DNA of 43,727 bases from Octopus sinensis (taxonomy: Eukaryota): contig NW_021835055.1 of the NCBI RefSeq assembly GCF_006345805.1, positions 1 through 43,727 on the forward strand, written 5' to 3'. Positions 1-11,931 of the stretch are shown here, one piece after another (the stretch's first letter is position 1; every line of letters begins with the position of its first letter). A model generated the notes under the pieces. The model was given only the letters and a program-made list of their open reading frames with translations. It had not been told where the DNA came from and ran no database searches. A program made the translations under genes and the position numbers.

Positions 1-149
1 AGCAACAACAACAACTACAACCACCTTCTTATATTTCATCAGTCGTAGTGTATCTAGACATCCACTGTCTGATGTGTCTTTTCTCTTCTTTTAGACAACA
101 GGATGAAATTTGAGGAATATTTGGTTTCCTGTTTTAGTGGCCACATTCT

Positions 150-800
150 TTGGGGCTCGTTGACTTCCTTGATGGATGGCTGGTTGGCTTCTTGGCTGGC
201 TGGCTGGCTGGTTGGTCGGTTGGTTGGTCGGTTGGTTGGTTGGTTGGTTTTCTTGGTTGGTTGACTTCTTGGCTGGTTGATTAGATACTTGATTGATAGG
301 TAGGTTGGCTGTTTTCTTAGCTGGTTGTTTGGATTTTTGATTGGTTGGTTTTCTTTGATGGTTGGCTTGTCGGATTCTTAGTTGATTGACTTCATGGTTG
401 GTTGGTTTCTTAGTTGGTTGGTTTTTCGGTTGATTGACTTCATGGTTGGTTGGTTGGTTTCTTGTTGAGTTGGTTTGGTTTCGGTTTGGTTGTTGTTGGT
501 TGGTTTGGTTTGGTTTTGGTTGTTGTTTGGTGGACTTGGTTGATTGACTTCGTGGTTGGTTGGCTTCTTGGTTGGTTGGTTTCCTGGTTGGTTGATTTCC
601 TGGTTGGTTGGCTTCTCGGTTGGTTGGTTCTTGGTTTGTTGGTTTTTTGGTTGATTGACTTCATGGTTGGTTGGATTCTTGGTTGATTGGCTTCATGGTT
701 GGTTGGCGTCTTGGTTGGTTGGTTTCTTGGATGGTTGGCTTCGTGGTTGGTTCGTTGAATGATTTCTTGGTTGATTGCTTCTTGGTTCGTAGGTCAATTG
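150..800. repeat. Degenerate (GGTT)n-derived satellite
   Basis: Continuous ggtt/ttgg tetramers with a recurring ttgattgacttc(a/g)tggttggttgg motif. Confidence 0.9.
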
Positions 801-1069
801 CCTGGCTTCTTCGCTGCTTGGCCCCTTGTCTGGTTGATTAATGTCTGATGTTTCCGTATCGCGCAGCTCACAAGCTCTTACGCCATTCACCTTTGCTTAG
901 AACATATCTATCACAGCTGCAGAAATATCCTTCTTACCAAACCTCAACCAAAGTAGCTTTGCAACCAACGGCAATTCTCAGTAATTCACTAAATATTCGC
1001 GCGTTTTCTTTTCAAGCATTTCCTTCGCACATTCAGTAAAATATAAAAATCTCTCCCACCACATTCCTA

Positions 1070-1140
1070 TGTGTGGAGGCACATGGCCTCGTGGTTAGAG
1101 CAGCGGACTCGCTGTCGAGGGATTTCGGGTTCGAATCTCA
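1070..1140 (+). mobile_element. tRNA-derived SINE head (SINE-C-like), 3' truncated
   Basis: A-box-like tggcctcgtgg and B-box-like ggttcgaatc; similar to the heads near 32380(-) and 36943(-). Confidence 0.75.
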
Positions 1141-1760
1141 GTCATATGACTGCGGCCATGCTGGAGCACCGCCTTTAGTCGAGTAAATCGACCCCATGAC
1201 TTATTCTTTGTAAGCCTAGTACTTATTCTATCGGTCTCTTTGGCCGAACCGCTAAGTTACGGGGACGTAGACACACCAGCATCGGTTGTCAAGTGATGTT
1301 GAAGGGGCGGGGGGCAACACACACACAAACATATACACACACATACACATATATATATACATATACAAATATACGACAGGCTTCTTTCAGTTTCCGTCTA
1401 CCAAATCCACACACAAGGCTTTGGTTTCTTATTTCTTTATTGCCCACAAGGGGCTAAACATAGAGGGGACAAACAAGGACAGACAAAGGGATTAAGTCGA
1501 TTACATCGACCCCAGTGCGTAACTGGGACTTAATTTATCGACCCCGAAAGGATGAAAGGCAAAGTCGACCTCGGCGGAATTTGAACCCAGAACGTACCGA
1601 CGGGCGAAATACCGCTAAGCATTTCGCCCGGCGTGCTAACGTTTCTGCCAGCTCGCCGCCAAGGCTTTGGTTGGCCCGAGGCTATAGCAGAAGACACTAA
1701 GCCCAAGGTGCCACGCAGTGGGACTGAACCCGGAACCATGTGGTTCGTAAGGAAGCTACT
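1141..1760 (-). mobile_element. SINE-A copy interrupted by SINE-B
   Basis: Matches the copies at 7237-7623 and 38527-38946; internal (CA)/(TA) microsatellite. Confidence 0.9.
1427..1660 (-). mobile_element. Full-length SINE-B with 12-bp TSD
   Basis: aaggctttggtt at 1415-1426 and 1661-1672; head ggcggcgagctggcagaaacg; B-box ggttcaaattcc. Confidence 0.93.
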
Positions 1761-2087
1761 TTATTTCATAAAATTTGTCACATAGACAGTACAAAGATTG
1801 TGTAGCTTTGCGAGCTGGACAAACACATTAATGAATGAAAATGAAATAAAATGAATAAAGAAGGGACGAAACCCAACACCCGCCGATTGGATTTTTCTCG
1901 AAAAAGTTTCTTCGTTTTTTTAAAAAGCAATATGAGGTTTCAAACCTCTTACAAGGAGGAGACACTAAAACCTCTTACTTAACATACTTTTTTTTAAACA
2001 CACAATTGAGGTTATAAACCATTACAAATGATACAATAAGATGAGGTTTCAAACCCTCTAACGTATCTTTTTCACCTCCTCCTCATC

Positions 2088-2360
2088 ATCATCATTGTTC
2101 GACCGTGGTTGAGACAATGGAATTTACTATGTTACGCCAGACTTCACGGTCTATCATGGCATTACGGAGGTCCTGTTGCTGGATGCCTGTATCCCTGGAG
2201 ATTACATCAGGGTAGGAGAGTGTGCGCCCTCTGGTATTGCGAGTAGATGGCTTCCAGAGAAGAGTAGAAATTACCTCTTTTTCACCTCTACAACAATGTC
2301 CAGCAAACTGGACTCTCTTACCTTTCACAAGAGATGACACAGGTGGTAGTTTCCCATATA
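2088..2360 (-). mobile_element. 5'-truncated RTE-like LINE 3' end
   Basis: Translates ...RVQFAGHCCR...AMIDREVWRNIV...* followed by a (TGA)n tail; TSD ttttcacctcct(c/a)ctcatc at 2069-2087 and 2361-2379. Confidence 0.8.
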
Positions 2361-2484
2361 TTTTCACCTCCTACTCATCGATATATCCATCGATATATCC
2401 ATCGATATATTAATCGTTATCTTCAATGCCGCTTGAGTTCCTGTATCCCTCGAGCTACTTACCACACAGCCATTCCTACGCCTA

Positions 2485-3315
2485 TTGTTGTTGCTATTAT
2501 TATTGTTGTTGTTGTTGTTGTTGTTGTTACTGGTCTGGCGATTGTGAGGATTACAATGACAACACAGAGGCGTTGGTATATAAGTGAGAGCGATGGCGAT
2601 GGTCTTGGCAATTGTGTAAGAGATGGCGAAAAAAATACAAAAGAAAAACAAGATGAGACAGTGGGGTTGGCGGCGGTGGCGAAGATGATAGGGGTACGGT
2701 GGGGCGAATATATATTATGACGGTGGTGGTGCTGGTGGAAACATTGATGGTATCGGTGGTCGTATAAAGTGTTGGTGGTAGTGTGATGGCGATGGTGTTG
2801 CTGATGCTGGTGTTGTTGTTGTTTTGTTGTTTTTGTTGGTGGTGGGCATAACAGTAAGAATGTGGAGGCGGTTGTACTAATAACAGTGATGTTGATGGTG
2901 ATGATGGTGATGATGGTGGTGATGGCAATGATAATGATGGTGTTGGTGTTTGGCGAGTATAATTATGTCGTGTGATACAAGTCCCCCGTGGGAATGGTGT
3001 CGGTGCAGTCGGAGGAGAGGGTGGTGAAGGTAGTAGCAGCAGCAGCAGTAGCAGTAGTAGTAGTAGTAGTAATAGTAGTAGTAGTAGTAGTTGTTGTTGT
3101 TGTTCTTGTAGTTTGATTGTGTGTGGCGATGGTGGTGGTGGTGGTGGTGGTGGTTGGTGATGAAGTGTTTGATAGTGTTAGTGTTAAGGCCTATGTTTTT
3201 TTTTTATTTTGCGGTCTGTCGATTGTGACGGCGATGATGATGATGATGATGATGACGACGACGATAAAAATAGAAGATGGTAATGGCGAAGAAGTTGGTG
3301 ATGACAGAAGATGAT
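2485..3315. repeat. Compound trinucleotide low-complexity region (GTT/GGT/GAT/AGT)
   Basis: Direct inspection. Confidence 0.85.
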
Positions 3316-3362
3316 AAAGTCACAAGTCTTTATACACGCATAAAAGCATATACAAACAACCC

Positions 3363-3370
3363 ATATATAT

Positions 3371-3404
<34 letters not shown>

Positions 3405-3637
3405 ATATATATATTATATATGTATGTATATATATATATATTATATATATATATATGCATGTATATATATATATATGTATATATATAAATAATATATATA
3501 TACATGTATATATATATATTACGTACGTACACACACATATATATACACATACATTTACATATATACGTATGCATTATATATGTATATATAATGTATATGT
3601 GTATATATATGTGTGTGTATGTATATATATATATATG

Positions 3638-3671
<34 letters not shown>

Positions 3672-3806
3672 TGTATATATATGTATATATATATGTATAT
3701 ATATATGTGTGTATATGTATATATATATGTATATATATATGTGTTATATATATATATATATGTGTGTATATATATATATATAATATATATATATACATAC
3801 ATATAT
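3363..3806. repeat. (TA)n/(TG)n compound microsatellite
   Basis: Direct inspection. Confidence 0.95.
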
Positions 3807-4197
3807 CAGTTTATCTGTCTGCATATTTCGGTTTGTTTAATTTGATTTGGGACCAAAACTCTGGATCTCCCGGGGGAGATAGATGGTAGTTGGGTCAGGG
3901 GTGAAGTGAGGGTAGAAGGGTGTCTACATAAGGGTGTTGATTGTTCGGGTGCTGTCAGCAAATTGTCCCCATAATCTGACATGATTGCTACATATATGCT
4001 GGATACACCCAACGGAGAGAAGTGAAGTTACGGACACCCGTACACGTATGTATGTTTGTATTGGCGTGTTTTTGCGAGTGCCTATATATGCCTACGTTTG
4101 TGTGTGAATCTCTGTGTGTGTGTGTGTGTATGTGTCAATATATTCACACGCATATATGAATGTATGCTCGTATGTATATATATATATATATATATAT

Positions 4198-4235
<38 letters not shown>

Positions 4236-4240
<5 letters not shown>

Positions 4241-4452
4241 GAAAAAAACACCTTTTATTAATTCAAAATGAACAATTAAATTACACCATCTAGAAATTAC
4301 ATATAATAGAAATATTAAAATAAAATAACAATAAAATACCAATGATCAAGTAAATTGCAAAAAAAATAATAAAAACGTATATAATTATATAGCTTTACGT
4401 TTTTATTATGTTTTTATTATTTTTTTGCAATTTACTTAATCATTGGTATTTT
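4236..4452. repeat. AT-rich interspersed repeat with local inverted end
   Basis: 4236-4380 is the reverse complement of ~6265-6410; ~4405-4452 is an inverted copy of ~4330-4378. Confidence 0.8.
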
Positions 4453-4790
4453 ATCCACTCACGAGTCTTTAGTCGGCTCGAGGCTATAGTAGAAATCATG
4501 CCCAAGGTGCCACGCAGTGGGACTGAACCCGGAACCATGTGGTTTGTAAGCCAGCTACTTACCATACAATTCTTTTATTCTTTTACTTGTTTCAGTCAAT
4601 TGACTGCTGCCATGCTGGAGTACCGCCTTTAGTCGAACAAATTGACAACCAGGACTTATACTTTGTAAGTCTAGTACTTATTCTATCGGTTCTTTCTGCC
4701 GAACTGCTAAGTTACGGGGACGTAAACACTCTAGCATCGGTTGTCCAGCGATGGTGGGGGGAACAAACACAGAAACACAAATATATACAT
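4453..4790 (-). mobile_element. Two adjacent SINE-A fragments (5' part 4453-4568, 3' part 4570-4790)
   Basis: Similarity to other SINE-A copies. Confidence 0.85.
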
Positions 4791-4875
4791 ACATACATGT
4801 ATATAAGATAGATGTATAAATATTCGCCATGATAGATCGCTAGCCACTACACATTCTTTATTGTCTCTCCTTGTT

Positions 4876-4913
4876 TCTTTCTGTGGAAGAGCGTAGGCTC
4901 GAAACTTGAAAGA
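4876..4913 (+). ncRNA. Degenerate minimal type I hammerhead-like motif
   Basis: tcttt-CTGTGGA-a-gagc(gtag)gctc-GAAA-cttg-aaaga; stems I and II pair, core and cleavage triplet are non-canonical. Confidence 0.5.
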
Positions 4914-5034
4914 CTTTTACACTTCCCGAGCGTTATACTAATACATTTGTTTGTTGTCTACACCACCTGACTTCGTCTTTTGTTTTTTGTGAATTCTCCC
5001 TATATATATATATAAAGTTAATCCAAACAAATAT

Positions 5035-5192
5035 GAGTGGCTGTGTGGTAAGTAGCTTGTTTACCAACCACATGGTTCCGGGTTCAGTCCTACTGCGTGG
5101 CACCTTGGGCAAGTGTCTTCTACTATAGTCTCGGGCTGACCAAAGCCTTGTGAGTGGATTTGGTAGACGGAAACTGAAAGAAGCCCGTCGTA

Positions 5193-5225
<33 letters not shown>

Positions 5226-5317
5226 GCGTGTGTGTGTTTGTGCGTCTGTGTTTGTCCCCCTAGCATTGCTTGACAACCGATGCTGGTGTGTTTATGTCCC
5301 CGTTACTTAGTGATCGG
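5035..5317 (+). mobile_element. SINE-A, 3' truncated
   Basis: A-box-like tggctgtgtgg, B-box-like ggttcagtcc, CORE-like caccttgggcaagt. Confidence 0.9.
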
Positions 5318-5453
5318 CCAAATCCACTCACAAGGCTTTGGTCGGCCCCAGACTATAGTAGAAGACACCTGCCCAATGTGCCACGCTGTGGGACTGAACC
5401 CGGAACCATGTGGTTGGTAAGCAAGCAACTTAACACACAGCCACTCCTGCGCC
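5318..5453 (-). mobile_element. SINE-A 5' fragment, inverted relative to the preceding copy
   Basis: Reverse complement of ~5035-5163. Confidence 0.9.
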
Positions 5454-6223
5454 TATTCTTGGGAAGAATTGTGCTCTTTCTATTTTTAAAAAGGCGATAG
5501 GTTGCGACTTGAGGAAGATTTACTGTGACTGCAGTAGAAAGGATTGCTGTGTTGAACACATCAGTAAGCATGGAGGAGACCCACGTTGTGTTGTTTTTTG
5601 ATGGTGGAATATAAGTTGAGAGAGAATTGGTAGCTATTTCTGAAAGGTCTAATAACCCTGTAGAGGCTGCTACTTCCTTAAATCTTTATACATCAGATGT
5701 TTTCTAGTGAGATACATAAATACGAAGGTTGATATTCAAAATATGTTCAAAGCTACTTCATATAACACTCAAAATACATCTTAACATTTTTGACTGATAG
5801 GCAAGTAAATTAGTTGTGTGTTAAATAATAATAAATTATCATAGAAAATAGATTCTGTCTGCAACAGAAATAACTCCCACATATTATTCTGTCTGACATG
5901 CATACGATAATAATGTAAAAATAATATTTTTATTACCTAATCCCGGCACAACTGTTAGGTTAAGAAATTTGTTTCACAACATGCTTTCGTTTCCTCGATC
6001 CTACCGTAACGCAGGTTGAGCTGCAGTCTTCTGCTTTGGCCTGTTCCGTTTGAGTACAATTTGCTTGACTCAGACATATACATGAGTGCGTGTGAGTGTT
6101 TGCGTGTGCGTGTGAGTGTTTGTTTGTGCATGTGTGTGTATTATTTTTGAAACTCGGTTTGAAGAAATGCTCATAGGCATTTAAAAATATATATGTATAT
6201 ATGTAAGTAAGAATGTGTCTATC

Positions 6224-6255
<32 letters not shown>

Positions 6256-7236
6256 AATATATATATATACGTTTTTATTATTATTTTGCAATTTACTTAA
6301 TCATCGGTATATTATTGTTATTTTATTTTTAATATTTATATTTTTTGTAATTTTCTAGATGGTGTAATTTAATTGTTCATTTTGAATTGATAAAAGGTGC
6401 TTTTTCTAATTTTTATTTATATATTATATTTTGTGAAATTTGATTTAGTATTTCTAAATTGAATTTTTCCCTGTAAGTTAGGAATAATATTCCCTCAAAT
6501 GATATATACATATATATATATATATATCGCTGGACTGCGCGTTCGTCTCTTCCTTTTGCCATCTGTGATTTTATTTTTGATTTTCTATATAAATGAAGAT
6601 ATTCCCTCTGTGTGGTTGCTTTTCTCTCTACAAAACGGAAAGTTACATTGGGGAACAGTCATTTTAACGAGTTGTATTTATTTATCACCCGACGAGATAC
6701 ATCTGCATCACCGGATGCTCCCGAACCAGTTGTTGAGTGTCCCACCCAAATGGAATCGATGCTAGATGTGTCGGAGCATTAACTCATTACAAAACAAACA
6801 AGGCATCCTAGTCCCGGTTGATAAAACTGGAAGCCTATATAGACTCGATTATACTACTTACAGTAAACTTATTAGAAAAGAACTTAACTTGAAATATAAA
6901 AGAACTACAAAGAAGAACCTACAGGATATAAATTTAGAAATAAAAAAGATTATGATGAAATACGACTTAGTGGACCGGACAGAACCATTAACACCATGTG
7001 AACCTAAAATTAATCTGAAAGACCACAAGAAAAATTTCGGTGAAAACCCTTCTGTAAGACTTATATGCCCAACTAAGTCGGATATTGGCCGGCTTAGTAA
7101 ATCTATTCTGGACAATATTCTGTTCCATAAAATCCCTAACCTTTCTTTAAAGTTATGGATTAACACAGACGAGGTAATCCATTGGTTTAAATCTTTAAAT
7201 ACTAATGACAGATATTCTTTCATCCAATTTGATATT

Positions 7237-7386
7237 CTTTATTCTTTTACTTGTTTCAGTCATTTGACTGTGGCCATGCTGGAGCACCGCCTTTAGTCGA
7301 GCAAATCGACCCCGGGACTTATTCTTAGGACGTAAACACACCAGCATCGGTTGTCAAGCAATGCTAGGGGGACAAACACAGACACA

Positions 7387-7458
<72 letters not shown>

Positions 7459-7623
7459 TACGACAGGCTTCTTTCAGTTTCAGTCTACCAAATCCACTCA
7501 CAAGGCATTGGTCGGCCCGGGGCTATAGCAGAAGACACTTGCCCAAGATTCCACGCAGTGGGACTGAACCCGGAACCATGTGGTTGGTTAGCAAGCTACT
7601 TACCACACAGCCACTCCTGCGCC
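7237..7623 (-). mobile_element. SINE-A with internal deletion, inserted in the RT
   Basis: Complete head and tail; the RT frame FDI|NSYY is restored when it is removed. Confidence 0.92.
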
Positions 7624-8486
7624 TATTAATAGTTATTATTTTAGTATATCCCTATTCTCCTAAATAAATCACACATTTTCGCTAAAAAAAACCTCTCTCA
7701 TAACTAGGGAAGAAATTGATATTATTTTACTAGCTAGGAAAACTATCATAGAATTTGAGGGAAAATTGTGGACTAGGGCTGATACCCCAAATAATTTTGA
7801 TATACCCATGGGTTCCAGTGACTCGGCGGAGGTCACTAATTTAGTAAGGACTTACTTATTAAGATGCCTAAGTAGAGATGTCCCTGAATTACAAGGAGGT
7901 TTATAAAGGGATGATGCATTATTCATCGTCCTTGGCAATAATAAATCGATCACTGAGAGAATAAGAAATATTCTCCATCCCTATATTGTATAAGATACTA
8001 AAATTATTCGAATTCTTTGAAAAAACTATCTAAAATATACCTATTTATTTCAAATCACAATTAGGATTATGGCTATTAAATAGTTAAGTATTAGAAGTTT
8101 CTATTCTCCCTACGCCACCAGCTTTGGCCTACTAATTTTAGCTGAAATATATTCAACTGAACCAAAGTGAGTTCTTCAAAGGGAACTTGATTTATGGCTC
8201 TGCCACTTAAACTGTCTCTCCCTCTATCAATAAAAGAAAGCGTCTCGTCTCCACTAGACCTGATGGTATAGTATTAAACCCCTCTCCCAATAGTAAATCT
8301 AAATAGCAAACGAAAATCAATGATGAGCAGTACCTCCATGGAAAAATATTAATTACTACCATGTTTCTGTTGATAAAAACGTTTGTCTGTCTATCTACTT
8401 ACCCTCTTTGCGATGTTGGTAAATGAAATAAGTATAAAAATGAATCTTTTCAATCTTTTCAATTTAACTAAATTCTATCTTTACAT

Positions 8487-8574
8487 TGCAGCTGGAGATT
8501 GCTCTACATTTTAAAACTGATGTAATAATTGCATTGTTTAATTAAGTGGAGTCGCATGAAACGATCGTACTGCA
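8487..8574 (+). ncRNA. Type I hammerhead motif at the 3' end of the Penelope-like element
   Basis: Stem I tgcag/ctgca; core CTGGAGA (one change from CUGANGA); stem II ctctac/gtggag; GAAA at 8558; palindromic stem III acgatcgt; GUA triplet. Confidence 0.7.
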
Positions 8575-8701
8575 TTACCTTTGGATATCCTTTTTGCTTA
8601 TTTTGGGTATATCTATATATTATATATTAATGTGACCGCGTGTGTACCGTTGGCGATTTTTTTCCTCCGTCTTCCCTTCTTTGGATCTTTCCTTTTCCTC
8701 T

Positions 8702-8735
8702 GTTTCCGACGAAGAGCTCCGCTCGAAACGTTAAC
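8702..8735 (+). ncRNA. Minimal type I hammerhead-like motif
   Basis: gttt-CCGACGA-a-gagc(tcc)gctc-GAAA-cGTT-aac; palindromic acgt; U4 appears as C. Confidence 0.6.
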
Positions 8736-8838
8736 CCCTCCTTCTTTCCCTCTTTCCTGAGCGTCCAATAATACTATACTTGTCCCACGTCCTCGCGTTG
8801 TTTTGTTTTCTCTTTGTGTTTTCATGTTTGGATTAACT

Positions 8839-8839
<1 letters not shown>

Positions 8840-8880
<41 letters not shown>

Positions 8881-9212
8881 GTATATGTAATATATGTCTG
8901 TAATACACACGCATATATGTGTATACATACTGACGTGTTTATTTATGTTTCTATGTATATGTGTATAAATACATATTTTTTCTTTTCTTTTTAGCATATG
9001 TGTATGTATACATTAATGTATGATGCGTGCTTGCATTTACGCACATATGCATACATGCATATATGTATGCATGATGTATACGTGAATGCATCTATGTGTG
9101 TATGCATGCACGTATGTATGTATTTATGTACGTATGCATGCGTGAATGTATGTATGTATGCATGTATGTATGTATGTATGTATGTATGTATGTATGTATG
9201 TATGTATGTATG
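8840..9212. repeat. (TA)n/(TATG)n microsatellite
   Basis: Direct inspection. Confidence 0.9.
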
Positions 9213-9451
9213 TTCAGTGGGGCCGCGTACGTAAATGGAAGTAGCAGTGATAAAAGTAACGTGTTTGTAGGCGCTTATCTGCCGAAGATCTGAGGAACGA
9301 CACTAAATCTGTCAACTTTTGGAATTCCAGCCGGTACTGATAGCTTTCTTGAAACTGTACAATTGCTGACGCCACTACCACTGGATATCATCATGATCAT
9401 CATCACCCACAACCACCAGCGCAACCACTACTACTACCACTACTACTACTA

Positions 9452-9527
<76 letters not shown>

Positions 9528-9662
9528 ACTGCTGTTGCTGCTCTACAATAACTACTACTGCTTCCACTATTTGCCACCACCACCACCACCACCACCAACA
9601 CTACTACTACTTACCACAACCTCTACCATCACCACTACCATTACCACCGCTGCTTCTCCAAT

Positions 9663-9708
<46 letters not shown>

Positions 9709-9730
<22 letters not shown>

Positions 9731-10885
9731 CCGCTGCTGCTTCTGCTCCGATCACTACCACTAGTTGTACTACCACTCCAACTGCTGTTGCTCCAATGAC
9801 TACTACTACTACTACTACTCCCGCTGCTGCTTCTGCAACGATCACTACCACTAGTTGTACTACCACTCCAACTGCTGTTGCTCCAACGACTACTACTACT
9901 ACTACTACTCCCGCTGCTGCTTCTGCTCCGATCACTACCTAGTTGTACTATCACTCCAACTGCTGTTGCTCAACGACTACTACTACTACTACTACTCACG
10001 CTGCTGCTTCTGCTCCGATCACTACCACTAGTTGTACTACCACTCCAACTGCTGTTGCTCCAACGACTACTACTACTACTACTACTCCCGCTGCTGCTTC
10101 TGCTCCGATCACTACCACTAGTTGTACTATCACTCCAACTGCTGTTGCTCCAACGACTACTACTACTACTACTACTCCCGCTGCTGCTTCTGCTCCGATC
10201 ACTACCACTAGTTGTACTATCACTCCAACTGCTGTTGCTCCAACGACTACTACTACTACTACTACTCCCGCTGCTGCTTCTGCTCCGATCACTACCACTA
10301 GTTGTACTACCACTCCAACTGCTGTTGCTCCAACGACTACTACTACTACTACTACTCCCGCTGCTGCTTCTGCTCCGATCACTACCACTAGTTGTACTAC
10401 CACTCCAACTGCTGTTGCTCCAATGACTACTACTACTACTACTCCCGCTGCTGCTTCTGCTCGATCACTACCACTAGTTGTACTACCACTCCAACTGCTG
10501 TTGCTCCAATGACTACTACTACTACTACTACTCCCGCTGCTGCTTCTGCTCCGATCACTACCACTAGTTGTACTACCACTCCAACTGCTGTTGCTCCAAT
10601 GACTACTACTACTACTACTACTCCCGCTGCGCTTCTGCTCGATCACTACCACTAGTTGTACTACCACTCCAACTGCTGTTGCTCCAATGACTACTACTAC
10701 TACTACTACTCCCGCTGCTGCTCTGCTCCGATCACTACCACTAGTTGTACTACCACTCCAACTGCTGTTGCCAACGACTACTACTACTACTACTACTCCC
10801 GCTGCTGCTTCTGCTCCGATCACTACCACTAGTTGTACTACCACTCCAACTGCTGTTGCTCCAACGACTACTACTACTACTACTA
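9709..10885 (+). repeat. 90-bp minisatellite, about 13 copies
   Basis: Exact 90-bp period (e.g. 10141, 10231, 10321); the unit translates as TTTTTTTTPAAASAPITTTSCTTTPTAVAP. Confidence 0.95.
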
Positions 10886-11029
10886 CTGCTGCTGCTGTTG
10901 CTGCTGCTACTGCTGCTGCTATCACTACTACTACAAGTCCAAAGTAGCACATACCACTTATATCGTCTTATGTCATCACCAGTAATACCAAAGACAGGGA
11001 CACCAACCCAAATTACATCAGCACCATCC

Positions 11030-11041
11030 CCACCACATACC

Positions 11042-11081
<40 letters not shown>

Positions 11082-11535
11082 AAATATGTGCTGCATATTA
11101 ACACTGCATCTGCAAACACCATCTGTTGCACCAAGAGAAACCACCAGCATCACCTACACTACCACCACTTTCACCACCATCACCACTAGTACCACTACCA
11201 TCTCCACCGCCAACACCACCAACACCACCACCGCCACCACCTACACTACCATCTCCACCGCAAAAACACCACCACCACCACCACCTACACCATCATCACC
11301 GCTTTCACCCCCATCACCCCGAGTACCAATACCATCTCCACCATCACCACCATCACCACCATCACCAGCTGCACCAAAAATCAACCATCACCACCCAAAA
11401 CATCACCACTCATTACCTTCAGCACCACCATCACCACCATCGCCACCACCACCTTCACCAGCATCCTCATCATCCTCATCAGCAGCAGCAGCAACAACAG
11501 CGGCCCAACCCATCGCTACCACCACCATCACTACT
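11030..11535. repeat. (ACC/ACT/ATC)n low-complexity tract
   Basis: Direct inspection. Confidence 0.85.
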
Positions 11536-11652
11536 AAAGAACAGTAGGAAATATTTTCCTTTGGTTCTCAGTGCACTAAATTTCAATTTACATACCAACC
11601 ACTCAAACAGCTTCTGTCTCTTTGATTATTCTTCTGTCTTCTGTTTTTATTA

Positions 11653-11865
11653 AGCGAGTTGGCAGAATCTGATAGTACGCCAGGCGAGTAGCTTAGAAGT
11701 ATTTCGTCCGTCCTTACATTCTGAGTTCAAATTCCACCGGGCTCGACTTCACCTTTCATCCTTTCGAGGTCGATAAATTAAATACCAATGAAGTACTGGA
11801 GTCGATGAGATCGACTTACACCCTCCACCAAAATTTCAGGCCTTGTGACTATAGTAGAAAGGATT
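11653..11865 (+). mobile_element. SINE-B variant with alternative 3' tail and (ATT)n
   Basis: Same head and core as SINE-B, but ends ...aaatttcaggccttgtgactatagtagaaagg(att)n. Confidence 0.8.
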
Positions 11866-11869
11866 ATTA

Positions 11870-11903
<34 letters not shown>

Positions 11904-11931
11904 GTTGTTGTTGTTGTTGTTGTTGTTGTTA

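Larger units (their letters stand above)
6528..8610 (+). mobile_element. Decayed Penelope-like retroelement (Naiad-type RT) split by SINE-A
   Basis: VDKTG...LKDHKKNF...RLICP...FIQFDI (6778-7236), resuming after the SINE with FDIPMGSSDSAEV...GGL*RDDAL (DD at 7910-7915); frameshift and stop present; hammerhead motif at the 3' end. Confidence 0.85.

Noticed and set aside
7901-7915. Recoded stop (selenocysteine) in the Naiad-like RT
   Set aside because: The stop is TAA at the expected Tyr of YRDD, not TGA, and the copy is otherwise decayed
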